From: an uncultured Bacteroidales bacterium
Lineage (GTDB): Bacteria; Bacteroidota; Bacteroidia; Bacteroidales; UBA10428
Direction: 5' to 3'
DNA: 64,000 nucleotides
NCBI GenBank assembly: GCA_964634105.1
Contig: CAZWIU010000006.1
Span: forward strand, 4,288 to 68,287
The notes below the pieces were generated by a model that saw only the letters and a program-made list of their open reading frames with translations, did no database searches and was not told where the DNA came from. A program made the translations under genes and the position numbers. This document shows, one piece after another, positions 10,701 through 17,887 of the stretch (positions are counted from its first letter, which is position 1; each line of letters begins with the position of its first letter).

Positions 10701-11113
10701 CCGTCCGGATTATCCGGATCGGCCATAAAACGTTTGAAATTATCAGTATTCCAGTTATACAAGTTCAAACCATTCTGTGTGCCAATCCAAAGCCTTCCCC
10801 GTTTATCTTCCACGATGGAACGCACATAGTTATCACTTAGACTGTTATTATCGTTCGGATGATTCCGGTAGATTTTACAACTATAACCATCATACAGGTT
10901 CAGTCCGTCTTCAGTTCCGATCCAGATAAACCCTTTACTATCCTGGAAAGTAACATTGGCATTATTTTGTGACAATCCGTTTTCGACCGATAAATGATCG
11001 AAATAGATATTACTTAATTGAGCAAAGATGCTGAGCGGTAAAAGAATCAGTAAAGCTGCCGTCAGTACTTTATGAATACTACACCTGAAGGCATTTCGTT
11101 GAAGTTTACACAT
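7748..11113 (-). CDS. Two-component-regulator-propeller (Reg_prop) / Y_Y_Y sensor protein with a single TM helix, a cytoplasmic GAF domain and coiled coils; no kinase, receiver or DNA-binding domain
   Basis: 1121 aa. It contains more than 12 Reg_prop-type repeats (e.g. G.IWIGT..GLNLYD, RLWIGTQNGLNLYN). The Y_Y_Y motif is YKYMMEGFNEDWINAKNERKVTFTNLDPGRYIFHVKA and the TM helix is WWFITLVVLAVGSLAYYLI. The GAF-like block is GGMYIISE...GEGYIGTCFKE...LVVLPVRMDEMVLGVIEILS. The C-terminal coiled coil is AAQEEELRQNLEEMSATQEEM. The ORF ends without H-box or ATPase motifs. Confidence 0.85.
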   Translation of the reverse strand: MCKLQRNAFRCSIHKVLTAALLILLPLSIFAQLSNIYFDHLSVENGLSQNNANVTFQDSKGFIWIGTEDGLNLYDGYSCKIYRNHPNDNNSLSDNYVRSIVEDKRGRLWIGTQNGLNLYNWNTDNFKRFMADPDNPDGLLTSGIQILFIDSKDRLWIMTESGINIMDMATFAMQKIVHDPQNPNSLPSNILRYMAEDRNSRYWIGTYGGLSLYNEKNKSFTNYTYDEANPRSLSSNKIQRLLLDSKGRLWVGTFDNGLNLMNTLEGSFTRYLVDPLNKRSIPNSLVNSIAEDKTGNIWVGTSGGLCLLNETTDDFTILQKEAENDESLSSNDINQIFFDNTGRMWVSTRFGGISIFDQGKKKFIHYKNQKSNPASLLGDNVTSFAEDNMGNIWVGVDGGGLNYLNHTTNEFSHIVSDPNNPKGLTNNKVLALRMCSDGKLWIGMWAGGVDVYDPNTGTFKHYRHNPADETSLSEDNIFYIFEDSEQEIWIGTWGGGLNRFNRQTDNFTRYTHNPGDNSSIANSGCVMITEDHFGFIWIAQEGAGISILNKKTGKFDHYNRTDEPGSLTNNAIYSIYEDSKKRIWVGTNGGGLCLFNREKRNFTAYRMADGLPNDVINGILEDNEGNLWLSTNEGICKFNPDSITFKNYNASDGLQSNQFSRWAFKKLSTGEFLFGGVNGFNLFSPEKVIDNPFKPPVYITGFKLFNEDVRIGEKSILKESIIVSKEIVLKHNENVFSFDFTALSYRQSEKNQYKYMMEGFNEDWINAKNERKVTFTNLDPGRYIFHVKASNNDGIWNETGASIKIRIIPPFWLRWWFITLVVLAVGSLAYYLIRQRLSMLKHDKQILEESIREGKAEVERQKNEIEKQRLALLEKEKAEAIQVWFNAGLAKFSNLISKNKEDVNGLARILMTELVEYLDANIGGMYIISENEDGTEQYLEMAGYHAPDFKKAGEVRIMIGEGYIGTCFKERETRIIDNLPEGYAKLTSGLGETQLKHLVVLPVRMDEMVLGVIEILSLKKLEPYKIEFLEKLGELVAATLLTTRANDKNRQMYEQIKLKTEEMAAQEEELRQNLEEMSATQEEMARNQNNFEAMKQEFLLKEKNLKQEISNLKKELKKSKE

Positions 11114-11379
11114 CTTAATAGAAAGTTAGATTATGCAGATCACAAGTTAGGGCAATTCTGATTTTAAAGCAAAACAATAAATAAACTTTATGTAAAGATA
11201 TCTTTCTGTATGGTATTGTTAAATACATGTATGTTGTAAACGAATACATCTTTTAAGATTCAACATAAATACTTGTTCCGATCCTTTCACCAGCAACCTT
11301 TTATAGCTTCACTCCGGATATGTTGAGGTTCTTCTCAACCGGCTCTTTACCATCATAATGTTAAAATAAAAAAGAGGCC

Positions 11380-11410
11380 ATGCAACTATTTTAATATTTC
11401 TTTGGTCTTA
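11380..11410 (+). promoter_or_regulatory. ECF-sigma-type promoter-like bipartite motif, copy 1 (ATGCAACTATTTT-N11-GGTCTTA)
   Basis: The exact 13-mer is shared with copies at 12605 and 14363, and GGTCTTA follows at the identical 11-nt spacing. The AAC..GTC layout resembles ECF -35/-10 elements. No + strand CDS lies downstream. Confidence 0.4.
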
Positions 11411-11416
11411 TTACCA

Positions 11417-11498
11417 GACAGCTTAAACACGATTTTTTTCTAATCATTAGGAATTATCGAAGAACCCCGGTACCAAGAGAGCCGGGGTTCAATTTTTT
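11417..11498 (+). ncRNA. Candidate small RNA (putative promoter copy 1 to intrinsic terminator); the start coordinate is estimated
   Basis: The unit consists of the promoter-like motif at 11380-11410, about 50 nt without an ORF, the block AGGAATTATCGAAGAACCCCGG, and a 9-bp GC-rich hairpin followed by a T-run. It is paralogous in layout and sequence to the unit at 14363-14459. Confidence 0.3.
11462..11498 (+). terminator. Intrinsic terminator oriented for the + strand
   Basis: GAACCCCGG (11462-11470) pairs with CCGGGGTTC (11482-11490). The loop is 11 nt and a TTTTTT run lies at 11493-11498. On the minus strand no T-run follows the hairpin, so it does not look like the PPK2 terminator. Confidence 0.6.
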
Positions 11499-11505
11499 AT
11501 GGAGC

Positions 11506-12369
11506 TCAATTCTCGGCAAGCAGCAATTTCCTGCAATTTTCGAGTGATTTCATTTGCTCCTCATCCAGAACAGGGAAGCGCAGATCTAACTGTTCGAGTG
11601 TACGAACAATAATTTCCGATACCACCAGGCGAGCATACCATTTCTTATCGGCAGGGATCACATACCATGGAGCTTCTTCGGTTGAGGTTTCATGAATAGC
11701 CTCTTCATAACAATGCTGGTAGTTGTCCCAGTAGTTCCGTTCATGGATATCGGCGTCCGAGAATTTCCAGTTCTTGCTTTTATCCTCAATACGTTTTAGC
11801 AAACGGTTTTTCTGTTCCTCCTTCGAGATATGAAGGAAAAACTTAAGAATAACAGTGCCATTTTCAGTCAGGTACCTCTCGTAATCGCGTATTTGCCTGA
11901 AACGATCTCTCCATATAGTGTCCGATACAAATTTACCGGGAATATGCTGAGTCTTTATCAGATCGTGTACCCTTACAACCAAAACTTCTTCATAATACGA
12001 CCGGTTAAAGATGCCGATTTGTCCGCGCTCCGGCAGATGCGGTGAAACCCTCCAGAGGTAATCATGATCCAACTCTTCTTTCGACGGCTGCTTAAAACTT
12101 CGAACATGAGTGCCTTGCGGGTTAAGCCCCTTCATTACATGTTTTATAATTCCGTCTTTGCCGGCGGTATCCATTGCCTGAAGGATTACAAGGACCGAGT
12201 ATTGGTCGTGTGCATAGAGCAGCTCCTGCAATTCGGAAAGCCGATCAATATTCTCATCGAGTTTTTCTTTTGCGTCTTTTTTCGAATGATAGCTGCCGGT
12301 ATCGCCTGTTTTGACATCGGATAACCTGGCTCTGTTGCCTTTTGTTATGCAATATGTTGAAATATCCAT
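11506..12369 (-). CDS. ppk2: Polyphosphate kinase 2 (PPK2) family polyphosphate:nucleotide phosphotransferase
   Basis: 287 aa. The Walker-A-like segment is LQAMDTAGKDGIIKHV. PPK2 blocks are DYLWRVSPHLPERGQIGIFNRSYYEEVLVVRVH and WYVIPADKKW. Confidence 0.9.
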   Translation of the reverse strand: MDISTYCITKGNRARLSDVKTGDTGSYHSKKDAKEKLDENIDRLSELQELLYAHDQYSVLVILQAMDTAGKDGIIKHVMKGLNPQGTHVRSFKQPSKEELDHDYLWRVSPHLPERGQIGIFNRSYYEEVLVVRVHDLIKTQHIPGKFVSDTIWRDRFRQIRDYERYLTENGTVILKFFLHISKEEQKNRLLKRIEDKSKNWKFSDADIHERNYWDNYQHCYEEAIHETSTEEAPWYVIPADKKWYARLVVSEIIVRTLEQLDLRFPVLDEEQMKSLENCRKLLLAEN

Positions 12370-12604
12370 AGTATGGTCAGTTTTTATTAAAAGTAATAAA
12401 TTCTTTTTTCGCTTATGTAATGGAGCGGATCCAGTCTTTTTTATTCACACCATCATGTGCCGTAAAAAATTGCTGCTGACATTTTACAGGGTATGTTTCA
12501 GTGTTCGGGGTAAGAATATGTTGGTGATATTCGTTACCTTCACATCTTGGAAACGCTGATTTTTCAGTATAATTTTATATAGATAGATTTATTCACACTA
12601 TTCC

Positions 12605-12635
12605 ATGCAACTATTTTTTTATTTCACTGGTAATT
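12605..12635 (+). promoter_or_regulatory. ECF-sigma-type promoter-like bipartite motif, copy 2 (ATGCAACTATTTT-N11-GGTAATT), directly upstream of the ECF sigma gene
   Basis: It carries the same 13-mer and spacing as copies 1 and 3 and ends 12 nt before the ATG at 12648. Autoregulated ECF promoters are the norm. Confidence 0.45.
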
Positions 12636-12647
12636 AATCTGAACGAA

Positions 12648-13187
12648 ATGTTCAATCTTGAAAAGGTCATTGAAGGTTGTATCAGGAACAAGCGCAAAGC
12701 ACAGATTGAGCTATATAACTATTACGCTCCCATGATGCTTGCCGTTTGTATCAGGTATGTGGCTGATAAAACGGAGGCGGAAGACATACTTCAGGAAGGC
12801 TTTTTCAAGGTACTTCGTAATATCAAAGAGTACAACGGCAAAGGACATTTCGAAAACTGGCTGAGGAAAATTATGGTCAATACTGCCATCACTCATTATC
12901 ATAAAGAGAAAAAGCACTATTACCATGAAGAAATTGAAACGGTTAAAGATTATGAACTGCAGTTTACTCTTTCTCCCGATAAAGCATTTGAGGAAAGAGA
13001 GCTCTTTCAACTGTTGGCAAAGATGCCTGAGGGCTATCGGATGATCTTTAACCTGTATGCGATTGAAGGGTACAAGCACAAAGAGATTGCTGAGCAACTT
13101 AATATTGAAGAAAGTACCTCAAAAACTCAGTACCTTAGGGCCAAGAACTGGCTGATTCGGGAAATGAAAAAACTGAATTGGATATAA
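12648..13187 (+). CDS. ECF (group 4) RNA polymerase sigma-70 family factor
   Basis: 179 aa. Region 2 is EDILQEGFFKVLRNIKEY...FENWLRKIMVNTAI. The region 4 HTH is YRMIFNLYAIEGYKHKEIAEQLNIEESTSKTQYLRAKNWL. Confidence 0.92.
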   Translation: MFNLEKVIEGCIRNKRKAQIELYNYYAPMMLAVCIRYVADKTEAEDILQEGFFKVLRNIKEYNGKGHFENWLRKIMVNTAITHYHKEKKHYYHEEIETVKDYELQFTLSPDKAFEERELFQLLAKMPEGYRMIFNLYAIEGYKHKEIAEQLNIEESTSKTQYLRAKNWLIREMKKLNWI

Positions 13188-14351
13188 ATGGAGCAGAAAT
13201 CGAACCAACTTGAATCACTATTTCGGACAGCATGTGAACAACAGGCTGTTACCCCTTCGTCCCGTGTATTGCGTAAATTGCGGACAAGATTGTGGATATC
13301 CGATTTTATGAGTGTTAATCCCCGTAAAGTAAATTTCGTGTATACGGCGCTTCTCATTGGAGGCATTACTTCAGTTGCATTGCTGGTAAGGCCTTTGGAA
13401 AAAACTGCTGAGAAGGTTCAGGAAAATGCTGTTACTGCTGTCAGTGAAGAGCAGGCTCAACCAGGTATTCTGGCTGACAATACAGATAAATCAGCTACCA
13501 TCGGACAAACCCGGTCAAATGAAAATAGTAATAACCCGGCTGGTCTCCTGAAAGCAGAATTCAGCATTACCGAATACAAAGGATGTGCGCCGCTGGCAGT
13601 TAAATTTACAAACCAGTCGCCCAACGGATTGGTTTCGGATTGGGACTTTGGAACAGGAGATAAATCGAGCGAAAGAAATCCTGTTTATACCTATCCGGAA
13701 GCAGGGGAATATAACGTTATTCTGACGGTAAAAGATAAGGATGGAAATACCGTCACTGCCAAAAAGAAAGTTGAAGTCCTTAAAAGGCCGGAAGCAAACT
13801 TTGAGATTGATGTTGAAAATTCAGAGATAAAGAATAAAAAAATCATCCTGAAAAATAACACGGTTGGAGCTTCGTACTATTCGTGGGACTTTGGTGACGA
13901 AAGACAGACCGTGGGTAATAAAGCGGAACATTCCTATGCTGATTTCGGAGTATATAAAATTAGTCTGGTCGCAACATCCGACAATGGTTGCAGCGATACA
14001 GCAAGCCTTACTACCCGGTTTATTGAAAAGAATTACGAGTTATCGTTCCCGCTTAATTTCAGGCCTAATCCTGTTGAACGTAACGATGGTTACTATGAGA
14101 AAGCAGGCGCTGAAACTTCCATCTTTTATCCCAAGAACTATGGCGCCGAAAACTACCGGCTTACAATCTATGCTCAGAATGGCCTGGAAGTATTTTCCAC
14201 CAATACGATCAAGCAGGGATGGAATGGATACCTGGGCGCACATCTTGCTCCGGCAGGTAAATACACATGGGAAGCCAGCGGTATCTATCCGAATGGTAAA
14301 CCCTTTAAGCTAAAAGGTACCGTTATGGTGAAAGCCCAGGAATATGATTAA
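13188..14351 (+). CDS. Sigma-coupled single-pass membrane protein (putative anti-sigma/sensor) with two PKD domains and a CHU_C / T9SS type-B-like C-terminal domain
   Basis: Its ATG immediately follows the sigma-gene stop (TAAATG). The TM helix is FVYTALLIGGITSVALLV. The PKD motifs are WDFGTGDKSSERNPVYTYPEAGEYNVILTVKD and WDFGDERQTVGNKAEHSYADFGVYKISLVATS. The C-terminal pattern is NFRPNPVERNDG...YRLTIYAQNGLEVFS...GWNGY...GKYTWEA...KGTVMV. Confidence 0.7.
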   Translation: MEQKSNQLESLFRTACEQQAVTPSSRVLRKLRTRLWISDFMSVNPRKVNFVYTALLIGGITSVALLVRPLEKTAEKVQENAVTAVSEEQAQPGILADNTDKSATIGQTRSNENSNNPAGLLKAEFSITEYKGCAPLAVKFTNQSPNGLVSDWDFGTGDKSSERNPVYTYPEAGEYNVILTVKDKDGNTVTAKKKVEVLKRPEANFEIDVENSEIKNKKIILKNNTVGASYYSWDFGDERQTVGNKAEHSYADFGVYKISLVATSDNGCSDTASLTTRFIEKNYELSFPLNFRPNPVERNDGYYEKAGAETSIFYPKNYGAENYRLTIYAQNGLEVFSTNTIKQGWNGYLGAHLAPAGKYTWEASGIYPNGKPFKLKGTVMVKAQEYD

Positions 14352-14362
14352 TTTATTGCCGG

Positions 14363-14393
14363 ATGCAACTATTTTGACGATTTTCAGGTCTTA
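14363..14393 (+). promoter_or_regulatory. ECF-sigma-type promoter-like bipartite motif, copy 3 (ATGCAACTATTTT-N11-GGTCTTA)
   Basis: The 13-mer, spacing and GGTCTTA are identical to copy 1. It begins 12 nt after the stop of the PKD-domain gene. Confidence 0.35.
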
Positions 14394-14399
14394 ACAACA

Positions 14400-14459
14400 G
14401 GAATTTATATCAAAGGAATTTATCTGAGAAAGAACCTCGCCATAGCTGCGGGGTTTTTT
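14400..14459 (+). ncRNA. Candidate small RNA paralogous to the 11417-11498 unit; the start coordinate is estimated. Alternatively this is just the 3' UTR and terminator of the sigma operon.
   Basis: Motif copy 3 is followed by two AGGAATTTAT boxes (14399-14408 and 14414-14423). Then comes CTGAGAAAGAACCTCGC, a hairpin and a T-run. AGGAATT(T)ATC..GAAGAACCyCG is shared with the first unit. Confidence 0.25.
14432..14459 (+). terminator. Intrinsic terminator (+ strand)
   Basis: AACCTCGC (14433-14440) pairs with GCGGGGTT (14448-14455), including one G-U pair. The loop is 7 nt and a T-run spans 14454-14459. Confidence 0.6.
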
Positions 14460-14526
14460 CATATTAACCTAATTACGCATTAAAAATGCCTGATCTGCTG
14501 AATACCTTATCCAACATGCAGGATGA

Positions 14527-15240
14527 CTATTTACTGTGTATATAATTATAGTCGCGTATAACGGTTGCCAGGAACTTTCCATTTGGCATATCACTTTGAA
14601 TTCCCATTTTGGACTCGAGCGCTTGTTTGGCTTTTATGGCTATTGTTTGTGCATTATAGCTGACATACGACTCGTTCAGGAAGTCAAGGACTTCTTTAGC
14701 GGTGCGGATATCCGATTCGGAAAGCCTGGAAATCTGTTCAAATACCAGGCTATAATCTTCCGGCAGGTTCATATAGATAGTATCGTTAATCGACTTTTCT
14801 TTTAAGCGTATCACGGTTGTATTGGCCACAATGTCACCCAGCCGCTGGCCTTTCCCGTTCAGTATTATAGTGATGGTAGAGACGGCTCCGAGCAAGATGG
14901 TATTATCGACCAGGCGAAATATCCACCGGATCAGGTAAGAAATAAGAGTTGCTTTTGTGCCATCGATCTTTACTACCTTGATCTTTATTATTCTTTTACC
15001 GAAGCTCTGGCCGTTCATGGCAGTCTCGCAGATGAGGTGGTAAAAGAATACAGGCAGCGCCAGAATAATCATTGTCATCGGTGCATTCTGGGTAATGGCT
15101 CCCATAAATACCGATATCGACATGAAATAAATAAAAAAGAAAAGATAATCTAACGCCGCGGCAGCTATCCTCTCACCAATGCTTGCTACAGTCTGTTCGA
15201 TGGCAATGTTTTGTGAAGTCTGAATGGCAATATTCTCCAT
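14527..15240 (-). CDS. RDD-family membrane protein
   Basis: 237 aa. The RDD-type N-terminal region is GERIAAAALDYLFFFIYF, with three TM segments and the GQSFGKRIIKIKVV motif. It is divergent from the MoxR operon. Confidence 0.75.
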   Translation of the reverse strand: MENIAIQTSQNIAIEQTVASIGERIAAAALDYLFFFIYFMSISVFMGAITQNAPMTMIILALPVFFYHLICETAMNGQSFGKRIIKIKVVKIDGTKATLISYLIRWIFRLVDNTILLGAVSTITIILNGKGQRLGDIVANTTVIRLKEKSINDTIYMNLPEDYSLVFEQISRLSESDIRTAKEVLDFLNESYVSYNAQTIAIKAKQALESKMGIQSDMPNGKFLATVIRDYNYIHSK

Positions 15241-15314
15241 AAATTAACGCGTATTGATCGAAACGTGTAAAAGTTTTTTTATCTTACGAACTTAATTAAA
15301 AGAGGTTTTATTCT

Positions 15315-16292
15315 GTGCACGAAATTCGTTTTTTACACCGTAATAAAAAAAAGTGGGAGGAGTTTGAGAAGCTCCTGATGCACGGTCTTAAGGCCAATCC
15401 CGATCATATTTCTGATCTTTTCATTCAGCTTACAGATGACCTTGCGTATGCCCGCACCTATTATCCAAATACAAATACAGAAGCGTATCTTAACCAGTTA
15501 GCTCAAAAGGCACACCAGATAATATATCAGAATCAGCCTGTCAGAAAGGGCAGGATACTATCCTTCTGGAAACATGAATTTCCCCTGCTGATGTTTTCGG
15601 TGCGGAAGGAGATCGTGGTATCCTTTACCATTTTCCTGGCAGCAGTACTCATCGGACTAATTTCTAATCGTTACGACCCTGAGTTTGTGAGAATAATAAT
15701 GGGCGATGCCTACGTGAATATGACCCTGGCCAATATAGAAAAGGGCGATCCGATGGCGGTATACAAAAGTATGAATGAGGTTGAGATGTTCCTGGGTATT
15801 ACCATAAATAATGTGTATGTTTCATTTCTGGCATTTGTCTTCGGGGTATTCACTGCACTGGGCCCTGGTTATATCATGCTGAAAAACGGTATTATGCTGG
15901 GCACATTCCAGGGTTTTCTTGCACAAAAGGGAATGCTGCTCGAATCGGTATCCACCATCTGGATTCATGGCACACTTGAGATTTTTGCCATTATTGTTGC
16001 CGGTGCAGCCGGCATTGTGATGGGAAACAGCATCATCTTTCCCGGATCGCATACCCGGCTTCAGTCATTCAGGGCAGGAGCCATAAAAGGGACAAAGATG
16101 GTTCTTGGACTGGTCCCTGTCTTTATTCTTGCTGGTTCATTAGAAGGTTTTGTAACCCGGTATACACAAGCGCCCTATGTGTTAAAATTTTCGATTATAG
16201 GTATGTCTTTATTGCTCATTTTTTTCTATTTCTTCTACTATCCACGGAAACTCTATTTAAAACAATTATACTATGGAAAAGACAAACATTAA
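15315..16292 (+). CDS. SpoIIM-like (stage II sporulation protein M / DUF95 family) integral membrane protein
   Basis: 325 aa with a GTG start. A cytoplasmic helical N-terminal domain is followed by multiple TM helices. The family-typical segment is IWIHGTLEIFAIIVAGAAGIVMG. Confidence 0.65.
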   Translation: MHEIRFLHRNKKKWEEFEKLLMHGLKANPDHISDLFIQLTDDLAYARTYYPNTNTEAYLNQLAQKAHQIIYQNQPVRKGRILSFWKHEFPLLMFSVRKEIVVSFTIFLAAVLIGLISNRYDPEFVRIIMGDAYVNMTLANIEKGDPMAVYKSMNEVEMFLGITINNVYVSFLAFVFGVFTALGPGYIMLKNGIMLGTFQGFLAQKGMLLESVSTIWIHGTLEIFAIIVAGAAGIVMGNSIIFPGSHTRLQSFRAGAIKGTKMVLGLVPVFILAGSLEGFVTRYTQAPYVLKFSIIGMSLLLIFFYFFYYPRKLYLKQLYYGKDKH

Positions 16293-17145
16293 CTTTAAAC
16301 AGGTTCGCGATTTCGGCGAGGTCTTCAATGCTACCTTCGCGTTTATCGGACAGGAATTTAAACTCCTTGGAAAAGCAATACTATACTTTGTGCTGCCTGT
16401 ACTTGTCATTACTGCTATCTTAAATGTACTGATAGGAATTGAACAGCAGAAATTCTTAAATGAATTCAGCACCATGGATCCGTCGGACATCTCAAACCCT
16501 TTTTCAATGATGGGTAATACTTATAAATATGCAGGACTCATGATGCTTGTTTACATAGTAGCAATGACTTCGCTGATATGTACTGTTTATGGATATATAA
16601 AACTATACGTTACAAAAGGAAAAGACCAGTTCACGCTCGGCGATATATGGCAGCAGGTAGCAAAATACTTCTTGCCGGTCTTAGGAACTTCGATAGTAGT
16701 AGGTATAATAACCTTCATCGGGTTAATTTTTTGCCTTATTCCGGGTATTTATCTCGGCGTATCGTTATGCTTGATATACATGGCATTGCTGTATGAGGAA
16801 AAAGGCTTTGGGGATGCATTTAGCAGAAGTTTCGAACTCACGAAAGAAAAATGGTGGCTGACATTTGGAATTCTGCTTATTGCTTACATATTGATATATA
16901 TTATCAGTATTCTCCTTTCTATACCATCTATATTGATGGGTTTTAAATCACTATTCACAAATTTTAAAAATCCTGCCCAACCGCTTAATCTTACAACAGG
17001 ATACTACATCATGAATTCAATTACATCGTTAATATCCTATATACTGTTTACAATACCCTATGTTGCTATTGCTTTTCATTTTTTCAGTCTGAGGGAAGCA
17101 AAAGAAAGGCCATCGTTGCAGGAAAAGGTGGATCAAATCTCCTGA
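16273..17145 (+). CDS. Polytopic membrane protein, family unknown
   Basis: 290 aa with about 6 hydrophobic helices. It overlaps the upstream gene by 20 nt and ends 1 nt before the next start, so it appears to be an operon member. Confidence 0.6.
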   Translation: MEKTNINFKQVRDFGEVFNATFAFIGQEFKLLGKAILYFVLPVLVITAILNVLIGIEQQKFLNEFSTMDPSDISNPFSMMGNTYKYAGLMMLVYIVAMTSLICTVYGYIKLYVTKGKDQFTLGDIWQQVAKYFLPVLGTSIVVGIITFIGLIFCLIPGIYLGVSLCLIYMALLYEEKGFGDAFSRSFELTKEKWWLTFGILLIAYILIYIISILLSIPSILMGFKSLFTNFKNPAQPLNLTTGYYIMNSITSLISYILFTIPYVAIAFHFFSLREAKERPSLQEKVDQIS

Positions 17146-17146
17146 A

Positions 17147-17887
17147 ATGTTTGCGCATAATACGAAACTTTATTTTATACTGTTAATATTTTTCATATCC
17201 CCGGTCGCCAAAGCCGGGGATTCACTTCATGTTGCCCGAAATCTGAAAGATGAATTAAAGGTATCGCAGCTCAGGCAGCCTGACAGTAGTTTTTTTAATA
17301 CGTATCTTGCCGATGAAGAATATGCCTATTCAGGTAAGTATATTCCACCGGGGGATAATACATTCTTTGAACGTTTGTGGAGGGGACTGCTCAGATTTCT
17401 AAGTAAAGGGCTGAAGATTTTAAAGATCATGCCCGTTCTGTCGAGGATTATTCTGGCCGTGGCTGTAATATTCCTGCTGTACTTGCTGGTAACGAAAACA
17501 AAATTCTACAAGTTATTTTATACGGATAAGGAAATTCCTGCCCCCGATTTCGATGAAATTGATATGCTCACCCAGGAGTACGATTTCGGCAAAGCTATTG
17601 CAATTCTCTTATCACAACAGAATTACAGAGGGGCAATTCGTATATTACACCTGAAACTGTTAAAAGATTTGGAGATACATGAGCTTATCAGGTATTCAAA
17701 GGAGAAGACAAACCGGGAATACAGCAGAGAAATTTCGGACCTGCCGACACGAAATGTATTTATCGCTTTAACAGGAATTTATAATAAAATATGGTATGGA
17801 AATTATCCGCTTTCAGGCGAGGAATATAAAGATATAGAATCGGAGTTTAACCAATTTTCGGCAAGGCTGAATGAAAGCATGGAATAA
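17147..17887 (+). CDS. DUF4129-like membrane-anchored protein
   Basis: 246 aa with a signal peptide and a central TM helix (VLSRIILAVAVIFLLYLLV). The C-terminal helical region YRGAIRILHLKLLKDLEIHELIRYSKEKTNREY is typical of DUF4129. Confidence 0.55.
   Translation: MFAHNTKLYFILLIFFISPVAKAGDSLHVARNLKDELKVSQLRQPDSSFFNTYLADEEYAYSGKYIPPGDNTFFERLWRGLLRFLSKGLKILKIMPVLSRIILAVAVIFLLYLLVTKTKFYKLFYTDKEIPAPDFDEIDMLTQEYDFGKAIAILLSQQNYRGAIRILHLKLLKDLEIHELIRYSKEKTNREYSREISDLPTRNVFIALTGIYNKIWYGNYPLSGEEYKDIESEFNQFSARLNESME

Noticed and set aside
11380-11392. The reverse complement of the 13-mer (AAAATAGTTGCAT) read as a sigma-54 -12 element (TTGCA).
   Set aside because: No GG (-24, TGGCAC-like) element lies at the required spacing upstream on that strand in any of the three copies. 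The conserved partner box (GGTCTTA) is on the other side.
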